A DNA stretch of 59,530 bases, filler included, from Diploschistes diacapsis (GCA_023645945.1; 6 parts of 6 records of this genome joined end to end with filler, not necessarily neighbours in it), one strand, 5' to 3'; positions 38,293-52,369 are shown, numbered from the whole stretch's first letter. The notes: generated from the sequence alone by a model not told the origin. Numbers and translations are program-made.

Positions 38293-39365
38293 TCAATACT
38301 CCCCTTCGATCTCTCCCTCAGCGCCGCCACCGTTTCCGTTATTTCCTTCACCCGCTTGCACCCCGCCACCCCCTTCCTCGCGCATCACAAGCGCCACCAC
38401 CTGCGCGCTCATGCATGCTTCGAGCACGCCGGGTCCAGCCTCATTTTCCCAGTCCTGATCCAACTGCCGAACCTCCACCACGAGAGCGGCGCCGGACACC
38501 GCAACCCGGAGGCAGTCCCAGCGCGATCTCGATCTGGCTGAGAGTGTCCAGATTGATCTGTAGGACGAGCTGGAATTGGAATCTGAGGTTGTTCGGGCGG
38601 GAAAGGAGGGCCTTGTGTATGAAGAGGTTGGGGAAGATGGAGGGAGGGAAGGAAGAGGAAGAGGGAGAAGAGGGCTTGGTTACGGGCAGGGAAGCTGAGG
38701 CTTTGAAGGTTGCTAGCAGATCCAAGAAGGAAAACGAGCTTTGCAGAACTGCACCGGCAAGCTCTTCTGGAAACGAGTTTCCTGAATCGCATGGATTCGG
38801 CGTGACACCAGCCCTATACAGTGCGACTCGTGAACCTAATTCTATACTCAATTCAATCTTTTCATCTCTTTTCTGCCCTTCGTCACTGCCATGCACATGA
38901 TCAAGTGCCGTGGAATTCGAGAGCCGGTCAAGGAACTCATTATCGTTACATCTAGTTGGTGAATGCTGGACTGCATTGCTGCGACTCAGCGCCGCTGGTA
39001 GCGGTTGAAGGGTCCAAGTAAAGCCATCAGCGTTTATTTGCAGATGATTTTGTTTTTAAGTTGTTCTTCATATCGCGCTGTAGCATGACCATAGCCCGTA
39101 GAGACGCTCTCGCGCGGTGACGCTAATGGATCGTCCAGCATCTTGGATTCACCATCGGTAGATGGGCTCTGGAGCGGAGAGGCATTTGGGAAAGTCGAGT
39201 CATGTTCCTTACTGTTTTGATGGTTGGATACACGCAAAGAGACCAAAGACTTGACGGAGATTGACGGTCACTGAATAGATCATGTACTGTAGATGGTAAT
39301 CTGGGTTGAGATGGTTTTTGCATAACGGTTCTGGTCGCGAATCGTAACATCGGACCTTCGCCTTT
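38293..39365 (-). pseudogene. Degenerate Zn(II)2Cys6-type transcription factor relic
   Basis: Remnant KAKVRC....PLC...YS at about 39270-39365. C-terminal LQINLDTLSQIEIALGLP and GVLEACMSAQVVALVMREE fall in shifting frames. Most cluster cysteines are absent. Confidence 0.4.
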
Positions 39366-39483
39366 GGTGGGATGACTGGCCAATTTTTGTTACCTTGGTG
39401 GTACCAGCTCCCTAAAGCTTTCATACCTTCTGTGCGCAGTGTCTTTGATCATGTTGTCCGGCTGATGAAACTTAACGAACAAG

Positions 39484-40422
39484 TCTTCGCTGATCTGCTA
39501 TGCGGATTCATGATCTGGGCTACGAACTATGGCCTTGGCCAGCACTCTTATAACGTTCCCAAGTCAGACGCTACAATGAACAACCTTATCCAAACAGCAG
39601 GCTTGATTTGGTACGCTGCAGCAACCAATTTTCTCAAAATCAGTGCGGTGCTTTTTTATGCCCGCGTTTTTGACTATTCTGCCCTTCACACACTGCAATC
39701 CACCCCTGAAAGGATTCTATCCCATTATCAAAGGTTCTTGCTCCGGAGGAGGTATTCCTTGGTATCTGGGTAGCTCCGCGGTCAACGTGATGCTTGACTT
39801 GGTTGTGCTCCTTTTGCCAATGCCGATGCTGTGGAATCTACATTTGAAGCTCAGAAAGAAGTTATTGCTTTCTGTTGCTTTCATTCTTGGCTACAGGTAT
39901 GCAAGATCCCAGCTGGCGAAGAATACGAACGTGAACTGACCGCCTTCAGCTCAGCACTAGTCGGTCTTGCACGCTTCAGTGTCGTTGCGGCTGACGGCAA
40001 TCTTCTCAGCGTGGCCGAAGATGATGACACTACATGTGAGCACGATACCATCGTGTGGCCACTCGAAATGCTAATGCTGCATTCCTACTGCAGACAACCT
40101 AGTTCCGCTTCTTCTCCTGTCAATGATCGAGCTGCCCGTTGGCATCGTGGCCCCATGTGGACCATCCATCCGTCAACAAATGAGGCGCTACGCCAAATAC
40201 GGCTTCAGTGGTCTCATAAGTACCCATGGATCTCGCCGCGCTTTGAACGATGTATCCCGTCGCCATGGCCATGCTAACATAAGCGATAGTCCAGGGACTA
40301 CCATGCCCAAGACAACTGGCTCTTTGCCTTCAGTGGCACGGGCGAGAGTTTACGATGGAGAACCTGATGGAATCGAGTTACCACTTCGTCGCATTGATAT
40401 TATGTGCAATACCGTTGCGTGA
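39484..40422 (+). pseudogene. PTH11-like (rhodopsin-domain) membrane protein relic
   Basis: YGLGQH, KISAVLFYARVF, CNPP..F....GSC, NVMLDLVVLLLPMPMLWNLHL..RKK...FILG and ELPVGIV..CGPS. One TM segment is missing, with a frame change at about 39675-39690, and no N-terminus was found. Confidence 0.75.
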
Positions 40423-41155
40423 GATTTCTGCGTTGCGTTGCACAGTCGAAGCAAGGTATAATAGATGTTTTTCGAACAGCGCCAGCCAGCGAAAAGGCAG
40501 GGAACCAATATGCAAATATTTGAAGAGAAGGCAACGAAATTTGATTTTGAGCATGATCGCATGATCGCCCCAGCTTTGGATTACCAACATAACGGATGTT
40601 ATTAAACTATAATGAAAAAGCTACGACAGCCATGGTGTGCAGCAGCAGCCTAGAACTACGCAATGAACGTCTTTCGAAAGTAGCGTTGACCTCCACCGTA
40701 AATATGACTCGGATTCGGATCCTCTGATCTGGATACAACTTGGAACCCTCCTCCCCTGAAATAACCACGTGAGATACTTTCATTCTTTCTCTGGCAAATG
40801 ACATCTAAATATATATCACAACTAATTTTTGTATGATCTTAAAATCCTTGCCGGTCACTTGTAATAGACTCTGCTATGAACTCAAGGTAATCAATCTCCT
40901 CACGGGGAATATATACCCAATATATACCCAATCGGAAGTAAAGCAAAATGGCCGAAGGCAGCGACCGACTGTACAAGCTCATGCGGAGCACACAAGAAGC
41001 AATGTGGCACCATGTTCACCAGGTCTCGAAGAAGGCATTGAAGATGGCCTTGCTTTTGTTGCGCTTGCCCTTGTTCTTCCTCGCATGGTATTCATTCTAC
41101 GATACACCACGAGCAGTTATTGAGAATTTTGCAGAGAAATCCATCCTCCCTAACA

Positions 41156-42214
41156 GTGTCTTCGACAATCAAAAACGTCGCTGTCGCAGGTGCCACTGGA
41201 AACATCGGGCCAACTGTCGTCAAGACGCTTGCTGCATCTGGCTTCAACGTCACAGCACTGACTCGCTCCGCCCAAAAGCACGAAATCGATCCTAGGCGAG
41301 AACATCAAAGCCACTGAGGTAGATTACATCTCGCACGACTCGCTGGTCTCGGCGCTGCGTGGTAAAGATGCCGTCGTGGTTTGCGGTGTGGGGATGTACG
41401 CTCATCATAACCCACTACTACTTGAACATGTCACAACGAAACCAGCTATCTTGAGTCGTCCTTTGGCTGTTCCATAGTGTCTGGAACACTTTCAAGTGGC
41501 GACCGGGGGGCATGACTGAGTATTCGAAACGAATTTTACTGATATTCTCGCTTTCCAGGTTGCCGCAACAAACCAATCTCATCGACGCGGCAATTGCCGC
41601 TGGCGTCCCTCGCTTTCTACCCGCCGACTTTGCGGGCGACTTGAGCATTCCCAAGCTTCGAGCTTTGAAGGTGAACGCTGACAAGGTCGTCACCGAGGAA
41701 TACCTGCGCGCACGCGAATCTAGCATTTCGCACACTAGCATCAAGACAGGCCCTCTATTCGACCTATGCATCGAGCGTGGAACTCTAATCAATATGAAAG
41801 AACGGTCCATAACTCTTTTTTGATTCTGGCGACAAACGCTTTAGCACGACGACCATGGACACGGCTGCGGCAGCGGTTGCCAAGGTTCTGCAGATGGGCC
41901 CGGAGTCCTACAACCGCGCCTATAATGTTCAGGACATGGTCACGACGCAGAACGAGCTTTTAAGGCTCGGCAAGGAAATTTTTCCAGACGCCGAGTGGCC
42001 CATCAAGCCAGCTAATACCACAGATATGGCCAAGAAAATGGACGACGCTTTCAAAGCGGACCCGAACAGCAGAATGGGCATGATGCTGCAGAAGCCAGTG
42101 GGCGTTTTCGGTGCCGAGTATCCTTCTGACTTCGGAGTTTCTGACGATGCGGAGCTGGGCATTGAGATGATGGATGAGAACCAAGTGAAGGACCTTCTGA
42201 GGAGGCTTGCATAG
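41156..42214 (+). pseudogene. NmrA/isoflavone-reductase-like oxidoreductase, apparently disrupted
   Basis: IKNVAVAGATGNIG, VDY..HDSLVSALRGKDAVV and QTNLIDAAIAAGVPRFLPADF. GTG where ATG is expected (41156). +1 shifts at about 41291 and 41820, both in homopolymers, so possibly sequencing errors. Confidence 0.7.
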
Positions 42215-42637
42215 AGGCTTGCACTTGCTGACGAGGTTGCCTCAAACCGTTGCCGATCGGCTGCCATTCTTTCCTTATTAGTGCTCCAGCATTAAAGGAT
42301 TCTTTCTCTTCTTCTTTTTTTGGGCAAGCATGCCCCAAAATGCTCAACTCCGATTGATTCGGAGACTTTTAGTGCATATTTTTAAATCGCCGAATTGCTT
42401 GCTTTCCACTTTATGCTAAGCTTTGTTTTACGTGCATATGAGGCACAAGCATAAGCATTCCGGCGTCCCCGAAGCTGGCTCCCGGAACAGGAAGCTCCAT
42501 TATGTATGGGGATGAAGCGATTGAGCGGGACCTTGTATTGCCTCTCTTACGCTTAATAAAGCTTCACCTGTCAAGTATGATAGCAACGTGTGAAAGAAAG
42601 ACCTCATCCTTCCCATGTTTTTCACTGTCAATCTGCT

Positions 42638-42672
<35 letters not shown>

Positions 42673-42706
42673 ACGCACACGCCGCACGCCGCACGCCGCA
42701 CGCCGC
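42638..42706. repeat. Compound microsatellite (CA)n/(CACACG)n/(CACGCCG)n
   Basis: Directly visible. Confidence 0.9.
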
Positions 42707-42984
42707 CTTTGATTTCGTCCTTGTAATATCCAAGAGAAGTACCTCGGCGGCAAAACAGCTTTCACGATGTAACAGAACTTGGAGTATCTTTCAAAAGATG
42801 TCTTTCTGGCGTGTATCCTCCTCGATAGGGACAAGTCCGTACCGCCGCGAAGGCTCTTGGATAAAAGATCTCCAAATCTCTTCTTTTACAACATATTCCA
42901 TTGGTTTTTTTAACTTGAAGTACCAGGAATCAATATTTCTGCCTATTATTGCTGGTAGCTTGATCTTGCTTTTTATAGTCTATC

Positions 42985-44937
42985 ATGCATCACCAAGTCC
43001 TTCTGAAATTCATTGGCCTATGCATCCTGCCCATATCCCTGTGCTTGACGGGACCACAGATCGCTTCTCATTTTGAACAAGTCCTGTCTGCTGGATCACA
43101 AGTTTACCTGCTTGCAGAGGCTAATTACAGCATGGGCTTCGTTCAGCGCTGGGATCTCTACAATTCACCAACGTACGTCGTCTCTGTCAAGCCTGCGCTA
43201 GAAAGCGATGTGCAAGAGGTTGTAAGTCTGCCGCCGTATCACTTATCTTGTTTCTCCTACGGGAGGGTTCTCAGATCATTTGCGTCCAATCAGGGTCCAA
43301 TCAGGCGCAAGTCATTTCCTTTTCGCAGCTTACAAGCACACTATTAGACTTCCTACAGCTACGCAAATAACATCTCCTTTTTAGCCACCGGCGGTGGGCA
43401 TGGCTACAGTGCTACTCTGGGTGCACTAAACGGTGGCGTCGAGTCGGATCTTGGAGTTTTCAACACAAGCGATGTCGACCTTGTTGCCAATACCTTAACT
43501 GTTGGTGGATCTGTCCCCTTTTCAAATGTCTTCTCAGCATTGCAGGCAGCGGGAAAGGAACTTCGTGAGTGCATGTTGTTCGCTGCTGCTCGCAGCGCAA
43601 TCTTTTTATCATAATGGACGAACGAATCAGACACTTGCGTCAGACTTTGGTTTTATGGAACTCGCTTACTTCTTCTTGCCACCGGCAACCGGATGCTCCT
43701 GCGTTGGGATCGTTGGCGCCACTCTCGGCGGAGGGATCGGTTACTACAGCGGGCTGCACGGCGTTATATCGGACTCCCTACTCTCAGCCCGCATCATCAC
43801 TGGCAAAGGCGAGCTGCTTACAGCGTCAGCGACATCGAATTCCCATCTCTTTTGGGCCATCAAAGGTGCCGGATTTAACTATGGTGTGGTGACCGAAGCA
43901 ACGTTCCAGCTATACGACCAGACGAATGGCGGCGAAGCCATGAATGCAGACATGATGTTCCCAGCCAGCGCAAACGGGAGTGTATGGAAAGCGATTGCAG
44001 GATTTGTGGGCAATCAGCCAAAGGAACTGTCTTTAAACGCAGCCGTCGTTTTCAGGCCCGGCACTGGGGTGCGTATGATCCCACTTACCTACCATTTTCA
44101 AACGAGCTCTTCTTCGTCTTTGTCTTAGGGCGACTAGCCCTCCCTGATACTATTCTTGGCTCGACCATCCCTCCCTAAAGGGAATAGAAAAATGACTCAC
44201 CCCCTTCTTTACCATAAATACAGCTCGTTATGATCGTCAACGCCATCTTCATCGGGCCTTCCCTCACTGGCCAAAGCCTCATCAAGCCCTTCCTCGACCT
44301 GCAACCAATAAACCTCAACATCAGCACCCTCGCTTACAAAGACGTCAGCGACAACGCCATCTACGGCCTCGTGGCGCGCGGCTGTGCCCGCGGCGTCAAT
44401 TACACCAGCCGGGGCCTGAATCTCTACAGCATCGACCCTGCCGCGCTCGTCGCGAATGTCAATTATATGAATGCCAGCATCGGTACCGATCCGACGCGGC
44501 TGCAGGAATGCGAATTCACGTACTCGCAGTTCGCACCATACGGGCTTCAGCTGCGTGGGGATAATAGCTCGGCGTTTCCGTACAGGGAAGTGGTGGCATT
44601 TTCTCTTTTTTCTCTTTTCTTCCCTCCCCCCCCTTTTTTTTCCCTTCCCTCTCACTCTATGAACTAACCCTTCCCCTTCCTCAGTCCCCTCGACGGCTCC
44701 TTCCCCTTCCCCACCACAGATGCTGCCGCCGTCTCGAGTTTCGGCTCCGCAGTCCGCACCCGCTTGCAGGCCTCGGCCGGCGCGCCGAATGGGAGCCTGC
44801 AGGTCTACGTGCATTTCGCCCAGGGAAATGAGGATCCGGAGAACTGGTATACCGCTGCAAAATTACCGCGGCTGAGGGAACTTAAGGCCAGGTACGATCC
44901 CGGGGGGTTATTTCGGTTTTATAATCCTGTTGCTTAG
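42985..44937 (+). CDS. Secreted FAD-linked oxidoreductase (BBE/VAO family)
   Basis: Signal-like N-terminus, FLATGGGHGY, CSCVGIVGATLGGGIG, HGVISDSL, LFWAIKGAGFNYGVVT and YVHFAQG...LPRLRELKARYDP. The intron-2 acceptor looks mutated (CGG for CAG at about 43685). Confidence 0.8.
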
Positions 44938-47701
44938 GAATAAATGGGAGAGTTGTGCAAGAAGTAGGAACGGAAGGAGAGGCATAGACAGTAGGATGTA
45001 TTAGGTGCTTTTTATGGGAAGAATTGAACCGACGGTAATTATTTGGCACTTTTGAAAGTGGCAAGGAGCAAGCAGCTTGAGAGGCTGGTTTTTGGATTGA
45101 ATCAGTTTGCTTTTTGTACAGGATTCAAGTCCTACTAGGTTACAGAAACATAGCGTTTAGAATGTTCATTAGACCGTCTATAAATATTTACCGACATAAG
45201 TATGTTTGATTTAAGGTGGAGTGACACAGTCCAACGTTCGTTTTATTTTTTTAAGTCTTGATATATCCCCTCGAGAGTGTAAGGAATCTCAATTCTGATC
45301 AGATCGCGTGCAGTGCACAAGCAGCAGTAGCTACTTTCCGCCGTGTTGATTGGAATATCTGACAAGCATACAAAGCTTCAAACAGTAACAGCGCTAGAGG
45401 GCTTCTGTCCTAGAGAAATATATCACGCGGTACTACTTTACAGTTAAGTCTGTTAGTCACTATCGCTGCTGATCTGAACTCGGATTTGACGATATGGACC
45501 TTGGAGAACTTTGCGGTTACGGATGAACAGTCAGTACGTAGATAGGTACACCATTAACAGGCAACCTTTTAAAGGCATGATCGTTCCAGATATCCATCGA
45601 CGTCAAACATCCCAATCGGAAGGCTCACAAAATTCGATGTAGTCAGGCTCGTCAATGTTTCTTGTTGGAGGCTTCCGGCACATCAATGAATTTTAGTTTT
45701 CCTCGAAAACAACACCGTCTGCGTATACTCATTCAACAACGTACGGAGCCTTATGAACTCTGTCTGCAAGTATTCCTCTAACTGACCTCAGATTCTCTAT
45801 CCAGTGCTCTTCCACGGCATGGTTGCTGCAGGTGGCTGCTTCACAGGCACGAATTCAGCATATACCACGGAGGAATTGGCACAATCATTTCCGCATCTCC
45901 AAAGCAGAAGTCATCTTAACCGAAACTGACAACTCTGAATAACGTGATTGAGGCAGCTGCGCGGTTGCGGCATTGCTTCGTTGAGAGTCTTCGTTCTATA
46001 CCAAGATGGCCAGCAGCGCGATCCAAAGTAACCATCCTGGACAGATCTCCTGCAGTATGGAAAAGAGCTAATATGTCTCAGTGTGCGAGAAACAATCACT
46101 CATCAGAGTTACCAGCCGCCCTGTTCATCAACCAGCGGGTGCATTCGACGTCCCAAAGATCGCGGTGCGGAGCCACAGATGTTTTGATCAAGGAATGCAC
46201 GAGCATTTACAACAATCATGCGGTGCCATATGTGCTTTGTAGCCGAGCAGAGAGCCTAACGAATATCTTGTGGGCCACTTGACTTGCTTATAGGAGCACG
46301 GGTTGATTTGCGTGCCCCATGTCCATCAGCGCATTAGGGTACGGTGTTACAACATACACCATGTCCAACAACGAGACCTCGTATCTCTGCAGGGGCGCAC
46401 TCGGCGACATACTGGCGGCATGATTATAGTCACCAAAACTTGTTGTTCGATGGCACTTATCATATGTACAATCATTGAAAGGGATCCAACGCCAATGCCA
46501 ATGATAAAATCTACTGACAAGGATCGAAGCCGCGCCCGGAGGCGGACAACGGTGATTTGAATGATGAAACTCAAAATGAAAGATCAGTTTCTAGAAATGA
46601 TCGCATACTTTCGATTGAGGAATTCCAGCTATGAACCAGCACAAAGAGTGCCAAACTAAGGCGCCCCCTTTCAAGGATAGATGTCAGCTACGCTTTTTAA
46701 AGTAGGTTCTCTAGCATCAAAGTGAGGAAAGCGGTCTTTCAACCTTGAAAAGCACCTACCTTCAATACACCGGCCCCATATGGTCGGGAAAAAAATTCGT
46801 CATGGTGAGTGCACCACTAAAAATACGCTTGCTGGCTTGATCTTTCACGACTCTGTTTCTTCCTCCTGAGTTTTTCCCTCTCTGGCTCCTGGTGGTTAGA
46901 GATGTTGTGCCAAATGTCATCGAATTATGAAAAGCCCTGATGTTCTAACATCGCACAAAAACCCGATACGTCAGCAGTTCTGAGTTGTTGTGATGTTGCG
47001 TAATAATACAACTACTTTTTATAACCAAAACCAGGGGGTATCAAAACATCAAGGCCCTCTCCCTGTGCCCTCTACACCACGCAAACCACAATCTCTTGTT
47101 CCTCTCCACCCCAAACAATTCTGGCAGTCTCCATTGAACCCTTCCGACCATCTTCAATCTCCAATCTACGCAATCCTCACCGCCCTTCCCTTNNNNNNNN
47201 NNNNNNNNNNNNNNNNNNNNNNNNNNNNNNNNNNNNTTAATTAATTAANNNNNNNNNNNNNNNNNNNNNNNNNNNNNNNNNNNNNNNNNNNNGGGAAGAG
47301 GGGTGGGGGACATGCTGGGCTGGATTGAGTTGAGGATGGATTTGAGGTTATAGAGGGAAAAGGGGGGGTGGTAGTGATGATTGGCGAGGTAAGCTGGACG
47401 ACGGGCAAGGGCCTGGGAGATTTAAAAGTCTGGATTATGGACTTTGGAGGCGTAGTGTACCACATGTATATTTGATCATGACAGAAAGAGGCCAGCTAGC
47501 CGCACCCTTGGGGAAACAACTACGAAATATATGGAGATTAACAGCATGGAGTAGTAACTTATACTTGTCATAATCTGGATAAATCTACACTGTTTGCAGA
47601 TGCCTTAAGCATTCAATCGTAGGAAATTCAGTTACAACGCTTCCTTCCTGCTTATGACCGCTCGATACTCTCTCTATTCGTTCAAATCAAGCTCCAAACA
47701 C

Positions 47702-48548
47702 CTACTGCGCAAATCTCTTCTCAACAGTCTTCCAATTGACAACGTCCCAGATGGCCTTGAAATACTCAGCCTTGCGGTTCTGATATTGCAGACTGATCTC
47801 GTCAGCGGCTACGGGAAAGCTCGATGATGAAAATACTCACTAGTAAGCATGCTCCCATGCATCAATGCCCAGCAGCGGCTGGAATTGGCCAACGACCGGG
47901 TCTTGGTTCTACGTTTCCGTCAGTATCGACCGCGAACCATCTTCTCAAGCACCGCTCACAGCATAAGTCTTGATCAGCACGTTCCCCGTGTCTTTATCCT
48001 TAACCAACCATGCCCACCCGCTTCCTTGAATACCCGCCAACGCAGTATTGAATTTGCTCTTGAAATCATCCATACTGCCGTACCCCGTCCTGATCGCCTC
48101 CTCGAGCTTACCACTGGGTGGCTCCCCCCCACCCTGACTTTTCGGCGCCAAATTCTCCCAGAAAAGTGAATGGTTGATGTGTCCGCCACCGTGGAAGTTA
48201 ATGAGGGGGAGCAGCGCGGTTTGGGCTTTAACGTCACTGTTCGACTCTGCTTGCTGAAGTTGCTCGGAAAAGTTGTTGTAGGAGTTTACGTAGGTGTTGT
48301 GGTGCATTTTGTGGTGGAGCTCCATGATCTTGCCCGAGACGGAGGGCTCGAGGGCGCCGTAGTCGTCTACAGCGGACAAATTAGTACATTAAAGGAGGAG
48401 CGAAATGGATAATCGGGAAGACTGTACATGGAAGGTCTGGCAGCGTTGCTTTGCCGCGAGTGAAGCTCAAGCTTGCCATTGCAGCTCTCCTGGTGCTCCC
48501 CGAAGCTGCACTACGCAGCGCAGCTTGTGCCGCTAGGACTCGTAGCAT
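47702..48548 (-). CDS. SOD2: Mitochondrial Mn superoxide dismutase, 3 introns
   Basis: Arg/Ala-rich presequence, LPDLP|YDYGALEP, MELHHKMHHNTYV, NFHGGGHINHSLFWENL, QGSGWAWL, NQDP and DAWEHAYY|LQYQN. Confidence 0.95.
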
Positions 48549-49141
48549 TGTCGTGGAAATGATGGTTATGTGGTGTAGAAATGAAGCATTACGTTTCAGA
48601 CGTGCAGCTTCAAAACTTTGGGCCTATGATGTCATTTGGAATTCTCCGACATTTCATCGAGTATAATAACACAACCAAGATTTACTGTAGAATACTTCTT
48701 AACCTATATTTTTCATAGGCAAACGCAATCATAGGCGGAAGCTCTGTCTCAGAATTTTTGAAAACTTTACATTGACTACTGGTGCCAGCAAGTTTCCGCC
48801 CAAGATTCCCAGGACGCTGCGCCAGCCCCTTCTTGGCCGTACCATGTGAAATTCACGAAGCCTCCCTCGTCCCTCAAATCATCCGTCAAGCGAGCATCAA
48901 GTCGTAACAGACGCCATAGCAACCCATAGCTGGCAATCGTAGTAGTATTCGTGAGAGGTAGTCTATGCCATGCATATGTCCCGCTCCAAAGACATGGGCC
49001 GAACTCCGTATCGTGGACATAAAGATTGCTAGAACTTGGTAGTGGGAATCAAATTCCAAGCACCAAAGATAGCTGATAATATTCGTGAACGCTCGTGGGA
49101 ACCGTAACCGTAACGCCCCCAAGGTCCGAGTGACTGTTCGT

Positions 49142-52100
49142 TCACCTCAGCCTCATATCCTGCCCCTGATGCCAGTGGATCTCAAAGTCCGGAGCGGTAC
49201 TGCCCGGAGGCTGTTGCTGAAGTTTGTCTTTCCACTCGTCCAGGGCCAACTGAACGTCATCATCATCCCTAATGGACACCATTGTCCCTTCTTCGTCAAT
49301 GTAGCGAAGGCGGGCACTTCCTTTCAGGATTGAGCAGACGCTAACTTTCTCCATCTTGGAGTCAATTCGATCCACCAACGTCTGATATTTTATGTTCAGT
49401 GGCACGACAATCGTTACGTAATTGGGCTTCGGCTCGTACAGTATTCTGACTTTGAGTTGCGACATGTACGGACTGTCGAGATTTGAGGGTGCTGATGGTG
49501 TAACAGGAGCGAGTACGCGCTGACTGATCCCATGAGAAACAGGACCCGGCCTAGCATAGTGACGATGCCCTTGACGAGAATTGCTGCGCGAATGCGACTC
49601 CTGGTACCCATGACTAGTACCATAGCCGTAAACAGTGCCTGGAGCTTGACTTCTGCCGTGGCGAGGGGCTTCGGTTGGTGAGTTGGTCTGACTCCTGTTG
49701 ATAGGCGCCCGCATCGACATCATGTGTGAAGGAATGGGCGGAACAGGAACGTCGTCAGGTCCCGGCTGCATTTGGCCGTTCATGTAGCGCTTGCCAGGAC
49801 TAGTCTGGTTTTGGTGGATGTCCGAACTGCTAAGGGAGCGGGAACGGCTTTGGGGCAACTGCCCGTGAGTAGCATTATGCGGAATACCTATCATGGGTGG
49901 CCGTGCAGCATGTCGGTCTTGGTGATATATACCTGGAGGTGCAGTGTTGTGCTTGCTACCCTCGTGCGGTCGGGCGCTGTTGACCGGGGTAGGTTGTCCC
50001 CTGAACGGTAATGGCGTGATGGTTCCGGACTGCGAGCTTGACCGGATCGATGATGAAGAAGGTGAATCACCAATAGGTGAAAAATACGAGCTTTGGCCCC
50101 TTTCGTCCGGCGTCGCAGGAGCAACGTTTGTAGCTACCTTCAAGGGAGGCGGGTTCATTGCAGGGTAGCCAGGCTCAGGCAGTGGAAATCTCGGAGGACG
50201 GGATTGAGGCAGACCCATATTAGAGGGTTGGACGATCTGGGGGTTGCTTCCGCCGGTCGCTGATCGGGAGCGGAGACTGGTACTAGACGCATTCTTGCTG
50301 CTTGGGTAGTCCATTTGAGAGCTGACCAAAGTCGAACTATTGCTCAAGCGAGGGAGCTCCTCGTCCTCTTCGTTGTCATCTTGCTGATCGTAGTATGGGT
50401 TTTGCAGGGTAGTCCCGGATAGAGAAACAAACTCAGTAGCACTGGTAGGGTCTCGGCCCTTGGGAAGCTTGGCTCTCAGTGTAGATGCTAGGTGCCACCA
50501 CTTGTCCCGTACATCAGCATTCGGGAAGCAGACGTTGAAGCTTTCAATGGCAGGATCACCCCTCCAAATGACTTTCAAGAGGTATGGCTCTGCGAGTGAC
50601 AAGTTAGTCCTGTTTCACGTGCAGGAGTCCCGTGAGCATAACTCACTGTTGTTGGGCACTCTGGTCTCGTCGTTTTTGAGGATGTCCGTGACGTTCTGAA
50701 TGAAAATTCTCCCTTTCAACTGAAGACGGGGTTTTCCAACTTTGTTGGTGTTTGCCCTGAATGGTCGATTTTTCGGCTTGCTCAGGTTCATCTCTTTGCA
50801 ACATAGTAGAATACGTTCAAAGAGGTAGATCTTATACTAACATCAGAGAGGTCAGCGTCTGCCCGTCGTGCACAAGCATCGATTTTCATGAAGTTGATGG
50901 GACAATGCAGCATGCTCAAAACCGCTTCGCCGTGCACTTGCTCTCAAGGTATGTGTTCCGGACGCTGTTCTTACGCTGAGGTCACGAATAGGCTATTCAT
51001 CTCGTGTTTCTGGTAAAAGAAAAGAAAAAGAAAAAGAAAATCACTCACCTCACGCTCCTCTGCCTTGGCCGAATCGCCTTTCAACACTGTATGCTGTCCG
51101 CTAATAACAAGCTCTCCGAAATGGTCGAGCCTATGTCCTTTCCAGTCGTCTACTGATTCAATGAGCTCTGCCACTTCTTGCTCTCGTTGTGCTCTTTCTG
51201 CTGCTCGGTTGCACACGGTAACAATGTCATTGATTGCCGCTTTGCCGTCAACCAGATCTTGGATTTTATCCTCATCGTAATCCCCCTTTTTGATTAATTG
51301 CTGCCACCAGTAAGTAAAATTATTTGTTTCGCTGGGATTCAAAACTGACATCAAGGAATAGCGGATACTTTGTTATGCGCTGCAGTGGCTTCAACAGAAA
51401 TCCGGTCAGAGCGTTACAGTCCGTAAGCATGCCTTGTACAGCTGCCGATACTGGGGCATTTCGGATCTTAGGCCATTCCTTGACGATGAATTGGTTGCTC
51501 CTCTGTTGTGCTGCTATGAAGGGCTCGTAAATTCTGAACCCGTCAGCATATTGATAAAAGAGGCGGCCCCAGTTCTGCTCGGCTGGATCCAGGCAGTTCT
51601 GCTGCTCAACGCGGATCAGGAACCTTCGCTGATAATCCACAAGGGCGTTAAGGTTCATGAAAATGCTATGCACAATGTCGCCCGCAATGACGCCGCTACG
51701 TTCGAGCTCATCCCGGAATTGCTGCAAAGTATCCAAGTGCGACACGTAATTTCGCTCCGTGGTGACAATTTCATGGATCACATTCTGCTGATAGGTGGGC
51801 GCTGGAGTCTGCGCAATGATACCATTGGGATGGTAAGGTTCGGGTCTCGCTAGGAGCAGGCCTCTGCTCTTCAAAATATCCAGGACGCGATCAACAACTT
51901 TCAGAACCTTTACAAATCCCGTCGTGTCCGTCCCGTACAGGTCAGTAATCAAGAAGCATCCGGAAGCGGGGAATCGAAGATCGGTCATGCAGGCTTGCAG
52001 AAACTTGAAGGTTGCTGCTTTCCCTCGTTTTGAATCGGTAATGGTTGGTTCCACGGTAAGAGGAACTCGAGGTTGCAAAGCGTTGTACAAAGCCATCAGA

Positions 52101-52369
52101 GAATAGCCATGACGAAGCATATTCCACATGGAAGTGACGATGTCGGTCTCATCACCGCTTTCCAGGTCTTCCCTATCCATCTGCTCCAGATAACCCTCCA
52201 ACCCAGGAACCTCGGAGAGCCGTCGCCGCAAGGATAAGCAGCTTTGGTATAGAGAACTGTACGATCCCGCCTTTTGATTCACCAAAGCCTCCATCATGGA
52301 GACGCTAGGTACATCCATGGCCGAGTAATTGCGCTCAAGCGGTGGGGACATGAACGCAGCACTCGCCAT
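49142..52369 (-). CDS. CDC24: Cdc42 guanine-nucleotide exchange factor Cdc24/Scd1 (CH-DH-PH-PB1); true start may lie further upstream
   Basis: SLYQSCLSLRRRL, FLITDLYGTDTTGFVKV, EIVTTERNYV, FLLKPLQRITKYPL, VDDWKGH....FGEL, LQLKGRIF and PB1 RLRYIDEEG.....DDDDVQLA. Confidence 0.93.

Noticed and set aside
42500..42834. ORFs with CV/HT dipeptide runs
   Set aside because: Translations of a microsatellite.
45000..47190. Possible additional cluster gene relic
   Set aside because: Partial manual translation gave no recognisable motifs; a TBLASTX search would be needed.
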